From NCBI GenBank assembly GCA_012965045.1, contig DTSZ01000001.1, positions 348,937-412,936 of the forward strand: 64,000 bases of DNA. Direction: 5' to 3'. Origin of the DNA: Candidatus Saccharimonadota bacterium. Its GTDB lineage: Bacteria > Patescibacteriota > Saccharimonadia > Saccharimonadales > DTSZ01. Below, piece by piece: positions 18,120 to 27,941 of the stretch; position 1 is the stretch's first letter; every line of letters begins with the position of its first letter. A model generated the notes under the pieces. That model made no database searches and had not been told where the DNA came from. It saw nothing but the letters and a program-made list of their open reading frames with translations. Both the position numbers and the translations under genes were made by a program.

Positions 18120-18374
18120 CTATGAAATAGCTGAGGCTAGCTGTCCTGGGTTGAATCCAACGACCACTTCCTCTGTTCCATCTTCTTTTGTGAACAAGGT
18201 CACTGGCACAGCCATTTGACCAGACTTTTCAATCATTTCTTGTTGTCGAGACGGATCTTTGTCGAGTTCAATGTATTCATACTCTAAGCCTTTGCCGTCC
18301 AGCCACTTTTTAACCATCGGGCAATACACGCAAGTTGTTGTACTGAAGATAGTTATGTTTTTTATATTGCTCAT
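18120..18374 (-). CDS. glutaredoxin-like protein (NrdH-like)
   Basis: 84 aa with TTTCVYCPMVKKWLDGKGLEYEYIELD. This is a CxxC thioredoxin-fold protein of glutaredoxin/NrdH size. Confidence 0.8.
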   Translation of the reverse strand: MSNIKNITIFSTTTCVYCPMVKKWLDGKGLEYEYIELDKDPSRQQEMIEKSGQMAVPVTLFTKEDGTEEVVVGFNPGQLASAIS

Positions 18375-18412
18375 GTATTTCTCCTTTGATTAAAGTTTAA
18401 GTGATTACTTAA

Positions 18413-18421
18413 AGTATAGCA
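18413..18421 (-). promoter_or_regulatory. extended -10 promoter element (TGcTATACT) upstream of the NrdH-like gene
   Basis: The rc of 18413-18421 reads TGCTATACT, 38 nt upstream of the ATG at 18374. AAAGGAG Shine-Dalgarno follows. Confidence 0.4.
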
Positions 18422-18440
18422 AGTGGCTGTGTAGTGACTG

Positions 18441-19010
18441 TTAACCCTCAACTGCTTCGAGCTCAATGTCGAAAACCAAGGTACCGAGTGGTCTTGCACC
18501 TTCGCCAGGCACGTAACCGTTAGGTGCAGCACCATATGCTAATTCACCAGGAATGATCAATCGTCGTGTTCCGCCAACCTTCATGCCAGGAACACCTTGT
18601 GTCCAACCTGGAATAACTTCATTTAAGCCAAAGGTTATTGTCTGGCCGCGGTCTTTTGACGTTTCGAATATTTCACCGTTAACAGCGTATGCGCCGGTGT
18701 AGTGCACTGTAACCCGAGCGTTCTCTTCAACTACTTCGCCGTCGCCTTCTACTAAGTCAATAATCTGCAGCTCTGTGGCTGGTTCTGCCTGTGCGTCAAA
18801 GTCTTCTAAATATCTCACTTGTTCCTCCTGTTGATTAGTGCTGTCGGTACCATCGGTTACCTCTAAGCTTGTTTCGTTATCGTTTGTGGTTTCGGCAATA
18901 TCGACATTTAAGTCTGGTTCAGTTTCTGGCTTGCTTACAATAATAGCCGCCACAGCCACGCCAACAAATACCGCGACTACTCCAAATATTGCCCATTTAT
19001 TATCTTTCAC
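18441..19010 (-). CDS. FKBP-type peptidyl-prolyl cis-trans isomerase, N-terminally anchored
   Basis: 189 aa. TM anchor, then VHYTGAY..NGEIFETS and VIPGWTQGVPGMKVGGTRRLIIPGELAYG, the classic FKBP core. Confidence 0.88.
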   Translation of the reverse strand: MKDNKWAIFGVVAVFVGVAVAAIIVSKPETEPDLNVDIAETTNDNETSLEVTDGTDSTNQQEEQVRYLEDFDAQAEPATELQIIDLVEGDGEVVEENARVTVHYTGAYAVNGEIFETSKDRGQTITFGLNEVIPGWTQGVPGMKVGGTRRLIIPGELAYGAAPNGYVPGEGARPLGTLVFDIELEAVEG

Positions 19011-19348
19011 TAATCTCCTCCATTAAATGTTGATTGACCAGCATTGGGTTGCAACGAACTTTGCCCGCTACCTGGATTTTGCAACCCACTACTGTTTTGC
19101 GTAGACTGCTGAACGCCATCGGCTCCCTGTAGCGTATTGCCGCTACTGGCAGGAGCTTCGCTTCCCAGCCCGTTTACTTTAAGGTTTGTTGTGTTTGTTT
19201 GACGAATTGGTTGGGTGGTGGAATCGTCAGAAAACGTCTGCGCCACTGCATAGCCAGCTGCCGAAAAAACAAACAGCGATGCAAACGCCAGCATCCAAGC
19301 CGTACGCAGCAATAATCCGTGTGCGTGATGTATCAAAGCTACCCTCAT
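19010..19348 (-). CDS. hypothetical secreted low-complexity protein (112 aa)
   Basis: Signal-like N-terminus followed by a Gln/Ser/Gly/Asn-rich region. The stop overlaps the FKBP start by 1 nt. Confidence 0.45.
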   Translation of the reverse strand: MRVALIHHAHGLLLRTAWMLAFASLFVFSAAGYAVAQTFSDDSTTQPIRQTNTTNLKVNGLGSEAPASSGNTLQGADGVQQSTQNSSGLQNPGSGQSSLQPNAGQSTFNGGD

Positions 19349-19399
19349 AGTTGAAACAAAGTATAGACCATAACCGTATAGACGGCTACGTGGAATTTA

Positions 19400-22150
19400 C
19401 TACTTTTTCCGCAATCTATTGTATCCCCGTTTAGCAAAGGCAGACGCCGTTTCGGACATTATGTAGTAATACGGGAATGACAATATAACTAAGATTGTGG
19501 AGCTCGCTAAACCAAATATGATTGTGTAGGCCAGTGGCTCCCAGAACGGGTCGTTTAGCGCCAATGGCAACAAGGCAACAATAGTTGTGATGGTTGTAGC
19601 AAGTAGCGGTCTAAAACGCTGCTGTAGGGCTGAGGATATAGCTTCAACTCTGCCTTTGCCGGCTTGCTTTTCTTGATTCGCATAGTCAGTTAATAGAATG
19701 GTGTTGTTAACTGCGATCCCAATCAAACCGATCATGCCGATTGCGCTAAAGAAACTCAGTGAATTGTCAGTTACATACAATCCCAAGAAGACACCAAATA
19801 TGCTAAACGGAATCGCCAATATTATTAGTAGTGGTTGCAAAATAGAACGGAACTGAATCGCCAGTAAAACCAATATCGCCAAAATTGCTACCGGGAACAC
19901 TACACCCAATGCTGCAAAACTCTCGGCACTATCGCTTTCTTGTCCAAAATCAAAGCCAAGCGTAATCTGGTCACCATATTCAGCCAGACGACTGTCGGTA
20001 AACTCTTCCTCAACAGCAGTTTGAGCTGCAGTTACAAGAGCCGACACATCGCTATCCTCAAAACCCGCACTCACTTCAACGTAACGATCGCCGTTGGTCC
20101 GGGCTACGCCACGAACGCCAGAAAGATCAGTTTCGGTAATAGTCGACGTTGTGCCGTTCGCTCGCTCAATAGTTCTGTCAGTTAAAAAATCCTGAATATC
20201 TTGAGCAAGTGGCACTGTGTTTGCTGGATCTTCGCCAATAATCTGTACTTTAAACGGTAGGTCTTCTACCGGTGGGCCGTTATCGATTTGGCTGATTGTA
20301 ACTTCAGCAGCTTGTCCAATTTCTTGTTGCAGTGATTCTTCTAAGACCTCAATCAACTCAAACGAGGTAACTTCGCGGTCCGTAAATGGCACCAACTCAA
20401 CAACAATGTCTGCTCCGCGCTCGTTGCTTGGACTAAAACCGCCATACAAAGCCCGGACCATGTTTTCACCAACTTCCTCAGTTATGACGGTATTAGCACG
20501 CTCTGCTATCAACTCGGCCTGCTGCAAACTTGTACCTTGAGCAAATTCGTAATTGATATTTAGTTGATCGGAATCGTCAGAGGCAGGAAAAATATTAAAC
20601 TCAACTTTTTGGGCAAAGTACCCTGTACCCATCACAAAAACAAATGACAACAGCACCATACCCACTGCCACATGCTTACCAATTCGCGGCCGGGTTTTAA
20701 GTAGCAGCGGCAACCCCGCAAACGCCTGTGCAATAGAATCAAACATACGAGTTTTTGCATTTGGTTTGGTCTGCATGTTTTTTAAGCCAAATCGGCTCAA
20801 AAGCGGGATAAGTGTTAACGATAGTAGGAGTGACACGGTTAGTGAAATAATCACTGTTACTGGCATCAGTCGTATAAATTCTCCAAGAATTCCGCTAATA
20901 AATGTGAGCGGCAAAAAGACCAAAATAGTTGTCAGCGAGCCCGCAAAGCTGGCAGGTGCTACCTTGCTAACTGCTTCTTTTATGGCCTCTCGCGGTTTTC
21001 TGCCTTTCGCGCGGGCTGCCACAATTGCCTCAATAACTATTGTTGCATCATCGACAAACAAACCGAGCGACAGCACCAAGGCAAACAACGTAATAGTGTT
21101 AAGCGTATAGCCAACTGCCAAGAGTACAATCATCGTAACCAGCATCACCCCAAGCATAAATACAGCCGTTATTAACGAAGCTCGCCAGGTGATAAGCAGC
21201 CAGCTAATCAACGACACCGCCAAAATACCACTAAATAAATTACTTTGTAGCGAATTAATTTGAGTAGCTATCGAACTTCCGAAGTCAGCACCTATAGAAA
21301 TATCAAAATAATATCCAGTGTTTAATGAATCCGTCCGCAATCGATCATCACGCTCAAGCCGCTCAGACAACTCTTTAACGACGTCGTTCAGCTCTAGAAT
21401 ATCAATACTGTCAGTCTTGTTTATGCCAACCGTCACAGCTTTATAAAAGATTACATCGCTAGAACCAGGGCTTGGACTTGTGCCAAAAAAGTTAAAACCT
21501 GTTTGTCGACTCACAATCTCGCCAGTTGCAGGGTCTGGAGCCTGTTGCACTAACTCAACAACCTCGGCATTGGCAATTCGCTCGTCTTGCTTAAATTCTT
21601 CAGCTACAATTGCCGCCTTGTCTTGGATTTCTTCGATGTCTACATTTACTTCTGAACCAGTTTGGTTCGGTACATAGCCAACAGAAAGCAGCAAGTCATA
21701 CTCGTTCAAATAGGCCGCTGGGTTTAATGATATTGCGTCAAACTCAACTCCATCCGGGACATTGGCGTCGGCAAGCCGGCTCTGTACTTCCGTATTGGCA
21801 GCCTCGGCATCGACGTCTTCATCAAAAAAGGCAAAAAACGTAAAATTATTTGGCCCAGTGTTAGAGAATGTCTCAGTTATACCTTCAACATCTTCAATTG
21901 CCGCCAATGCCGGCTGGACCACATCACGGTCAACAGCTTCGGCGTCGTCGACAAAATACACCCCGTTTACAAGTGTTAACGGAAACTGAATCGGCGGGAA
22001 CCCCTCTCGCGGCAAAAATGTCGTGTAACTAAGCAGTCCAAAAATAAAAATTAAACCAAATACTGCACTCTTAATCTTCCACTCATCAAAAAACCGCACA
22101 CTTACATTACTTAAAAAATCCCGAAATCCCGAAGTACCTTTATTTGCCAT
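19400..22150 (-). CDS. RND-superfamily efflux transporter permease (AcrB-like)
   Basis: 916 aa. The N-terminus and the two blocks of TM helices separated by large loops fit an RND permease (e.g. LGLFVDDATIVIEAI, GLIGIAVNNTILL). No adjacent adaptor or outer-membrane gene. Confidence 0.85.
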   Translation of the reverse strand: MANKGTSGFRDFLSNVSVRFFDEWKIKSAVFGLIFIFGLLSYTTFLPREGFPPIQFPLTLVNGVYFVDDAEAVDRDVVQPALAAIEDVEGITETFSNTGPNNFTFFAFFDEDVDAEAANTEVQSRLADANVPDGVEFDAISLNPAAYLNEYDLLLSVGYVPNQTGSEVNVDIEEIQDKAAIVAEEFKQDERIANAEVVELVQQAPDPATGEIVSRQTGFNFFGTSPSPGSSDVIFYKAVTVGINKTDSIDILELNDVVKELSERLERDDRLRTDSLNTGYYFDISIGADFGSSIATQINSLQSNLFSGILAVSLISWLLITWRASLITAVFMLGVMLVTMIVLLAVGYTLNTITLFALVLSLGLFVDDATIVIEAIVAARAKGRKPREAIKEAVSKVAPASFAGSLTTILVFLPLTFISGILGEFIRLMPVTVIISLTVSLLLSLTLIPLLSRFGLKNMQTKPNAKTRMFDSIAQAFAGLPLLLKTRPRIGKHVAVGMVLLSFVFVMGTGYFAQKVEFNIFPASDDSDQLNINYEFAQGTSLQQAELIAERANTVITEEVGENMVRALYGGFSPSNERGADIVVELVPFTDREVTSFELIEVLEESLQQEIGQAAEVTISQIDNGPPVEDLPFKVQIIGEDPANTVPLAQDIQDFLTDRTIERANGTTSTITETDLSGVRGVARTNGDRYVEVSAGFEDSDVSALVTAAQTAVEEEFTDSRLAEYGDQITLGFDFGQESDSAESFAALGVVFPVAILAILVLLAIQFRSILQPLLIILAIPFSIFGVFLGLYVTDNSLSFFSAIGMIGLIGIAVNNTILLTDYANQEKQAGKGRVEAISSALQQRFRPLLATTITTIVALLPLALNDPFWEPLAYTIIFGLASSTILVILSFPYYYIMSETASAFAKRGYNRLRKK

Positions 22151-22199
22151 TAAATCAACTCCTTAAACGTTACTTTGAGTCTATAGCAAGGAATCCCGA

Positions 22200-23963
22200 T
22201 TAGCCAACCATGTCGTACTTCTTAAGCTGCTCAATATCAGCACCGTCTTTTTGCATTTTAAGGAGTTGTGAATAAATCCCGCCAGACTTTGCGAGCTGCT
22301 TAGGGCTACCTTGCTCAGCAATCCGTCCGCCGTCAATCACCAGTATTTTATCGACATTAGCTATGGTGCTTAGTCGGTGCGCAATAATTATGGTGGTACG
22401 ATTTTCCATTAATTTATCGAGTGCAGCTTGAACCAGTATTTCCGACTTGCTGTCGAGCGAGCTCGTCGCCTCGTCTAAAACAAGGATTGGAGCGTTTTTA
22501 AAAATTGCCCGAGCAATGGCTATTCGTTGCTGCTGCCCACCACTCAGTTTTAGGCCTCGTTCACCAATAAAGGTGTCGTAGTCTTTTTTGAACTTGTTAA
22601 TAAATTGGTGTGCATTGGCAGCTTTGGCAGCAGCTACTATGTCTTTCTTTTTATAAGACGATTTAGAATAAGAAATATTTTCAGTAATCGTGCCGCTAAA
22701 TAAACTGGCGGTTTGAAACACTGCTCCTACAGCTCGCCGTAAACTTGGCAGATTTATGTCGGCAATGTTCTGCTTGTCGACTAGAATTTGACCGTTGTCG
22801 GGGTGATAAAACCCCATTAACAAATTAGTGATTGTGGTCTTGCCTCCACCGCTTTCGCCGACAAGAGCGATCTTTTCACCCGGTTCAATAGTAAAATTTA
22901 AATCAGATAAAACCTGAGTTTTGTCGTCATAACTAAAGGTCACGTTTTTAAACTCTACTCTACCGTCGTGTACGTGCAGGTTTTTAGCCTGAGCATTTCG
23001 TTCCTCGTCGGCTTTTTCAATAACGTCAAAATAGTCTTTGCTGTTACTAATTACCCGTTGGGTTCTGTCGACAAGGAAGCTAATAGTGAAAATAGGAATA
23101 CGAATTTGATTGGAATATAAAATTAAAGCAACGGCATCGCCAGCTGTTAGTGCTCCGCGTGCTCCTTGAATAAAAATAAAGCAAAACACCGCAAAAAATA
23201 TGACATTCAGCACTAATCTCCGCTTAAAATCGCTTATATGCCAATGTTTTGACTGGGGACGTACTAAACTGATTATTTTTGCTAGTTTTGATTGATAGTA
23301 ATTTAGTTCGCGTTGTTCTTGGTTAAAACTTTTAACTGCTCTGATTTGGCTGATTGCCTCGTTAAAGCGACCAAACGCCATATCATTATTTTTGTTAATT
23401 TTGTCTTGGTAATCCATCCATAAGCCGCTGCTGCGCGTTGTCATAAAAATGTAAATTGGGTACAAAGCTGCTAAGAATAACGCAACTGGCAAACTGTAAA
23501 ATCCAATCACTACTAGCCCAAAAATGGTGCTAAAAATAAATTGTAAGAAATTGTTACTAAACGCAGACAAAAAATCACTAATTTGACCGACTGACCGCTC
23601 CAGCCTGTTGACGACTTTGCCTGTTATTTCGTTATCAAAATACTGCTGCGGTAGAATCATTAGCTTTTCATAATATTTGTTACCCAAAATGCGCCGAACA
23701 TGAAACCCCATTTGGTCGCCAATATAGCCATTAACATTAGTAATAATGTTATAAAGAATGTCCGCCAAAAAAATAACAGCTGCATAAAAAACAGCTTTAG
23801 AAATATCAAAGTCTTCGCCTTGCCCAAATAAATCAATAACTTTACCTGTAACTGCTGGTAAAAGCAGAGTTAGTAGCGCAGAAAATACTGTAAAACAACC
23901 AATTGCAATGTAATAACGTTTTAGTTCTTTGGTGGCGCTAAAAATTTTTCGGATTTGCTGCAT
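22200..23963 (-). CDS. ABC exporter, fused permease/ATPase (MsbA-like type I exporter)
   Basis: 587 aa. Six-TM N-terminal domain, Walker A GESGGGKTT, signature LSGGQQQRIAIARA and Walker B ILVLDEATS. Confidence 0.92.
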   Translation of the reverse strand: MQQIRKIFSATKELKRYYIAIGCFTVFSALLTLLLPAVTGKVIDLFGQGEDFDISKAVFYAAVIFLADILYNIITNVNGYIGDQMGFHVRRILGNKYYEKLMILPQQYFDNEITGKVVNRLERSVGQISDFLSAFSNNFLQFIFSTIFGLVVIGFYSLPVALFLAALYPIYIFMTTRSSGLWMDYQDKINKNNDMAFGRFNEAISQIRAVKSFNQEQRELNYYQSKLAKIISLVRPQSKHWHISDFKRRLVLNVIFFAVFCFIFIQGARGALTAGDAVALILYSNQIRIPIFTISFLVDRTQRVISNSKDYFDVIEKADEERNAQAKNLHVHDGRVEFKNVTFSYDDKTQVLSDLNFTIEPGEKIALVGESGGGKTTITNLLMGFYHPDNGQILVDKQNIADINLPSLRRAVGAVFQTASLFSGTITENISYSKSSYKKKDIVAAAKAANAHQFINKFKKDYDTFIGERGLKLSGGQQQRIAIARAIFKNAPILVLDEATSSLDSKSEILVQAALDKLMENRTTIIIAHRLSTIANVDKILVIDGGRIAEQGSPKQLAKSGGIYSQLLKMQKDGADIEQLKKYDMVG

Positions 23964-23965
23964 TG

Positions 23966-24451
23966 TTAAAACTCTACTGTGTCACCAGCGCTGAGTCCAA
24001 GCTTAGCTACGGCACCAGCGTTAAACTCAATAACATATTTGCTATTTTCTTCGGGCTTAAAAATTCTTGGGTAGGTGTCAGGACTAATATTCGATTCTAT
24101 GTGGACGACTCGTTTTTCGCTGTTTAGCCAGACAATATCAATACTAAATAGCATGTCTTTCATCCATATACCGTGTTGGGCTGACTCATCAAACACAAAT
24201 AACATTGCTCGATCGTCGTCAAGTCCTTCGCGCCCGCTAAGGCCGGTTATTTGTTCGTGCGGTTCATCGGCTACTAGTAAATCAAATGTTTGCTCACCAA
24301 CTGTAAATGAATATTCGGCATTTAGTTGGTCGGGCGCAGTTGCTTGTTGATTGATAAAAAATAGTCCACCAAGCAGACTCGCAGCCAATACAACTCCAAT
24401 ACCAATCACCTGTCGCGCGTTCATAATTTTAGTATACTGTATGTATGCCAC
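23966..24451 (-). CDS. DUF192-domain protein
   Basis: 161 aa. MLFVFDESAQHGIWMKDMLFSIDIVWLNSEKRVVHIE matches the DUF192 core. The real start may be the ATG at 24424 (MNARQV...), which removes the overlap with yajQ. Confidence 0.8.
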   Translation of the reverse strand: MAYIQYTKIMNARQVIGIGVVLAASLLGGLFFINQQATAPDQLNAEYSFTVGEQTFDLLVADEPHEQITGLSGREGLDDDRAMLFVFDESAQHGIWMKDMLFSIDIVWLNSEKRVVHIESNISPDTYPRIFKPEENSKYVIEFNAGAVAKLGLSAGDTVEF

Positions 24452-24942
24452 AATTTTCGTTCGACATAGTAAGTGAGTTTGACGTCAGCGAAATGAACAA
24501 CGCTATCGACCAGTCAATTCGCGAAATCCGCACTCGTTATGACTTAAAAGGTACTGCAGCATCAGTTGAATTTGCTGATGGCGATAAAAATAGTTTGCTT
24601 ATTAAAGGCGACGAGGAATTTCAGCTAAACTTAGTGCTCGACATCGTCCGCAGCAAACTCGCTAAACGCGGGATAGATCAATCCGTTTTGGATACCTCCA
24701 CTAAGCCCGAAGCCGGCAACCCGTGGCGCTGGACGCTTCCACTTAAGTCAGGCATTCCATCCGACACTGCTAAAAAAATCAGCAAAAGCGTGCGTGAACT
24801 GGGGCTAAAAAAACTCAACTCACAAATTCAGGGTGACAAACTGCGTGTAACTAGCCCAAGCAAAAACGACCTGCAGACTGTCATGGCGCATATTAAAAAG
24901 ACCGATTTTAGTATTCCGCTGCAGTTTAATAATTTCAAATAA
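24445..24942 (+). CDS. yajQ: YajQ-family nucleotide-binding protein (UPF0234)
   Basis: 165 aa with MPQFSFDIVSEFDVSEMNNAIDQSIREIRTRYDLKG, the characteristic YajQ N-terminus. Confidence 0.9.
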   Translation: MPQFSFDIVSEFDVSEMNNAIDQSIREIRTRYDLKGTAASVEFADGDKNSLLIKGDEEFQLNLVLDIVRSKLAKRGIDQSVLDTSTKPEAGNPWRWTLPLKSGIPSDTAKKISKSVRELGLKKLNSQIQGDKLRVTSPSKNDLQTVMAHIKKTDFSIPLQFNNFK

Positions 24943-24948
24943 CTCTGT

Positions 24949-25863
24949 ATGCACACCCCTGAAACAGTCCCACCCCCAGAGACGGCTCTTGAAAGATTCC
25001 GGTCAAAAGGAGCTTACAGCTTGGCAGCGCTTGCGCTCACTGCCAGCCAGTTACTACCTACATCATCAACAGTTGAGCAACTAACTGTTGATTCACCGGT
25101 GTTTTTAACGAGCAATTGCACCGACGAACACAATGCTCCAAGCGTGTCCGACATCGAACTCCTTCGTCAGCGCGCCTATGACGACAACAAACCAGTCGCC
25201 CGTGAAAACGCCACTACAAACGATGACGTACCGAAAGAAGAACTTTCAGGCATCCATACACGATTAAATCCAGAAGATTTTTTTGAAGTAGAACGGTTCC
25301 AGCTTGATTCAATTGAACTAGAAGTTGTCTTTAAAAGTGACAGCCCGGATGCGGCTGGAATGATTAACCATATCGCGCTCGAAGAACTATTGCTGTGGCC
25401 ATATAAAAACGCACATTTATTTGAACGCGAAAACCAACACCCCTTAGATCAAGACTCGCTAGAGTGCATCTACAACTACTTAACCCAGACTACATTCAAG
25501 CGACCGCTGGTGCTAAACATCCCGCATGAATTTTATAATTTTTGCAAAAATGACGACCAATACGTTAGCCCTCCTATCGGCTGCACTGCTAACGGCAGCA
25601 CCAATACAAAATTTTTCGGACCATTTATATTTGATTCGCAAATTTATTTAACTGCCGGAGCCAATACGCAGATAGACCCAGAAGAAACACTGCGACGACT
25701 TATAGGGCATGAACTTAATCATTGGGTACTTGGCCGTATGTACGAGGACGCCAATGTCCGACCACCCGATAGCAAAATTAAAGAAGCAACCGCCTACGAC
25801 ATTGGGCGATTTATTCGTCGGTTTTCTGATCAACTACAGCCGTTAATCAACCCTCAGCAGTAG
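24949..25863 (+). CDS. hypothetical protein with a HExxH motif (possible metallopeptidase-like)
   Basis: 304 aa. The only motif is LIGHELNHWVLG near the C-terminus. It starts 7 nt after yajQ. Confidence 0.55.
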   Translation: MHTPETVPPPETALERFRSKGAYSLAALALTASQLLPTSSTVEQLTVDSPVFLTSNCTDEHNAPSVSDIELLRQRAYDDNKPVARENATTNDDVPKEELSGIHTRLNPEDFFEVERFQLDSIELEVVFKSDSPDAAGMINHIALEELLLWPYKNAHLFERENQHPLDQDSLECIYNYLTQTTFKRPLVLNIPHEFYNFCKNDDQYVSPPIGCTANGSTNTKFFGPFIFDSQIYLTAGANTQIDPEETLRRLIGHELNHWVLGRMYEDANVRPPDSKIKEATAYDIGRFIRRFSDQLQPLINPQQ

Positions 25864-25864
25864 C

Positions 25865-27730
25865 TTACCAACCGCCGCCGCCACCGCCGCCTCCGCCGCC
25901 ACCAGAAAAGCCCCCGCTGAATCCACTACCACCACTGGCCCCACTATTGCTTGGTGGCGTAAACGCATTTTGAGCTGAACTCGATAAATTATTTAAACTG
26001 TCAGCCAATAACAGCGAATTAAAGGTACGGGCGTTGGAGTTGTACCAGTCGGGTGGTTGTTGATACAGGTCCTTAAACTGCTCACTCCAGCTTTCAGTCA
26101 AACCAAACAACATGGCGTATGGTAATAGTTCTTCGTAAATGCGCAGTTTAAACTCATTGCTGGAAACTTGTTCGCTGCCATATTTTGAGCCCTCAACACC
26201 TTGGTGAAACTCTAACCTGTCCGCCTCAGCAAGTTTTATGTACTCTTCGAGCCCTTTAATGTGGTCAAAAGCGGCGCTGCCTTTTGAAGTACGAGCAGGC
26301 ATGGCATTTGTCCAAAACAACATAAGTACTCCAGCAGCTATAAATCCAAACCCCACGCCGGGCAAAATAAAAAAGAACGGGACGCTCAGTAATGCCATCA
26401 AAATCGACCGGCCTACCCAGCTGGCTTTTGCTTTGTCGGGTGCAACCTTAAAATACCCTTCTTTAGCAAGCCGTGTTGGCGTATTTTTTATAAGTTTTTG
26501 CGCTCCGGTATACAGTTTGTTTTTTTGTGTATCGAGCTGGATAACTTCGCCAATAGTAGCGCTACCCGCGGCGGTCGCCTGTAAAGCACTTTCCCGCACT
26601 CCCTTAAGGTCGCCCTTAAATAATGATGTTAAGACTTTTTTGGGGTCGAATTCTACCGATTCGAATAATATCGATACTATTTCTTGTAAATCATGTGGTG
26701 CTGAACTTGGGTCTTTGGTTAATTCTAGACTTAGTTCGTGCTTGTCTTTGCGTAGTCGCCGCTTTGTTTCTTTGTCGATGATTTTTATATAGCCAAGAGT
26801 TGCGAGCTGCAATATGCCGGCTGAAATTCCAGCCGTTGTTAGCTTCTCTTTTAAAATCACTTCACTGCTAACTACATTGAGTCCTGCTGGTGGTACGTAT
26901 TGCGGGGTTGTGTAACCACGCTTATTGTCATCTCGACCATGCTTTTTCCAACGACGGTAGCTGTAGCCCAGCGCTAGAATCGGAACCCCAACAAAACCAG
27001 CCGCGTTTAATAGTGCTTTGCGCTTAATCCACGGGTCGGCAAAAAATTCACCTTTTTCGAAGCCCAGTACAACCGAAGCATTTTCGTACGCTAACAGGTT
27101 GTTTGCAGTTGCAGTAACAGTTATTCCTGCCGAAGACTCATCTCTGGTGATCGTGCAGTCAGCCGCTGAAGACCCAAAACTTCCACTAAAACATTCTTGC
27201 CTGTCCTGCAGAGATTCAGCAATTGATGCTGGTATATGAAACCTCGCCTCTAAACTGCCAAATGATTGACTCCATCCGGTGCCGTTAGTGTCCCAAAATA
27301 GCTCATCGTGATCATCGAAAAAACTAATAACGTTATCGACCGAGTATTCGATTACATAGGTCTGTTGCCCGTGCACAAAAACGTTAGCATCGCCGATTCG
27401 CACAATAAGAAAGTCGCCAGACGTATAGGTTGTATAGTTCCACGGCTGGCCGTTGCCATCAGTAACCGATGTGATGTCGATATTAACTGGTGCGTTTTTA
27501 TAGCTTTTAGGGATAGCCCGTTCAATGCCACGATTTTGATTAAAATCTGGAAAAACAGCAACTAACTCTTCTGTAATATCCAGCCTGCCCACATTCTGGT
27601 CGTCTTTAGATAAAAAGTAGTCGGCTTCAAACGATTCGAACACAAAGTTTTGGGTGTTTTGCGCCACTACTGCTTGGCCGCCAATCACCATCAAAGCTGC
27701 AACTAATAAACCAACTAGATACTTGTTCAT
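25865..27730 (-). CDS. DUF2207-family membrane protein with a poly-glycine C-terminal tail
   Basis: About 621 aa from the ATG at 27730 (MNKYLVGLLVAALMV, signal-like). The track start 27751 is less likely. It has an extracellular N-domain, TM segments, and ends SGGFSGGGGGGGGGGGW, as in DUF2207 proteins. Confidence 0.85.
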   Translation of the reverse strand: MNKYLVGLLVAALMVIGGQAVVAQNTQNFVFESFEADYFLSKDDQNVGRLDITEELVAVFPDFNQNRGIERAIPKSYKNAPVNIDITSVTDGNGQPWNYTTYTSGDFLIVRIGDANVFVHGQQTYVIEYSVDNVISFFDDHDELFWDTNGTGWSQSFGSLEARFHIPASIAESLQDRQECFSGSFGSSAADCTITRDESSAGITVTATANNLLAYENASVVLGFEKGEFFADPWIKRKALLNAAGFVGVPILALGYSYRRWKKHGRDDNKRGYTTPQYVPPAGLNVVSSEVILKEKLTTAGISAGILQLATLGYIKIIDKETKRRLRKDKHELSLELTKDPSSAPHDLQEIVSILFESVEFDPKKVLTSLFKGDLKGVRESALQATAAGSATIGEVIQLDTQKNKLYTGAQKLIKNTPTRLAKEGYFKVAPDKAKASWVGRSILMALLSVPFFFILPGVGFGFIAAGVLMLFWTNAMPARTSKGSAAFDHIKGLEEYIKLAEADRLEFHQGVEGSKYGSEQVSSNEFKLRIYEELLPYAMLFGLTESWSEQFKDLYQQPPDWYNSNARTFNSLLLADSLNNLSSSAQNAFTPPSNSGASGGSGFSGGFSGGGGGGGGGGGW

Positions 27731-27764
27731 TAACTTAATTCTACAGCCCAAATATATGTTTTGA

Positions 27765-27941
27765 CTAATTTGCTCCTAGCGCAACGTGCATGCTTGTTAA
27801 ATTTTCACCAACAACAAACTGCACAACCGCATACCAAACACCATCTTTTTGGTAAAATTTCCGCACCTGTGGCTCAATTTGCTGGGTAGTCTTTCCCGCT
27901 GCTATTTCAATTTTTGGCAATAAATCTTCGATACGCCCCAT
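27765..27941 (-). CDS. possible small protein (58 aa)
   Basis: Below the track cutoff. ATG at 27941 has a GGAGGA Shine-Dalgarno (rc of about 27948-27953). Translation is MGRIEDLLPKIEIAAGKTTQQIEPQVRKFYQKDGVWYAVVQFVVGENLTSMHVALGAN. Confidence 0.4.
   Translation of the reverse strand: MGRIEDLLPKIEIAAGKTTQQIEPQVRKFYQKDGVWYAVVQFVVGENLTSMHVALGAN

Noticed and set aside
26238-26792. Long antisense ORFs inside confident genes (e.g. 26238-26792, 58586-59074, 12676-13053, 14652-15029, 13469-13858, 540-842, 20217-20540, 20766-21110)
   Set aside because: Each lies fully within a longer motif-bearing gene on the opposite strand and has low-complexity or Ser/Cys/Leu-rich composition. They are shadow ORFs.
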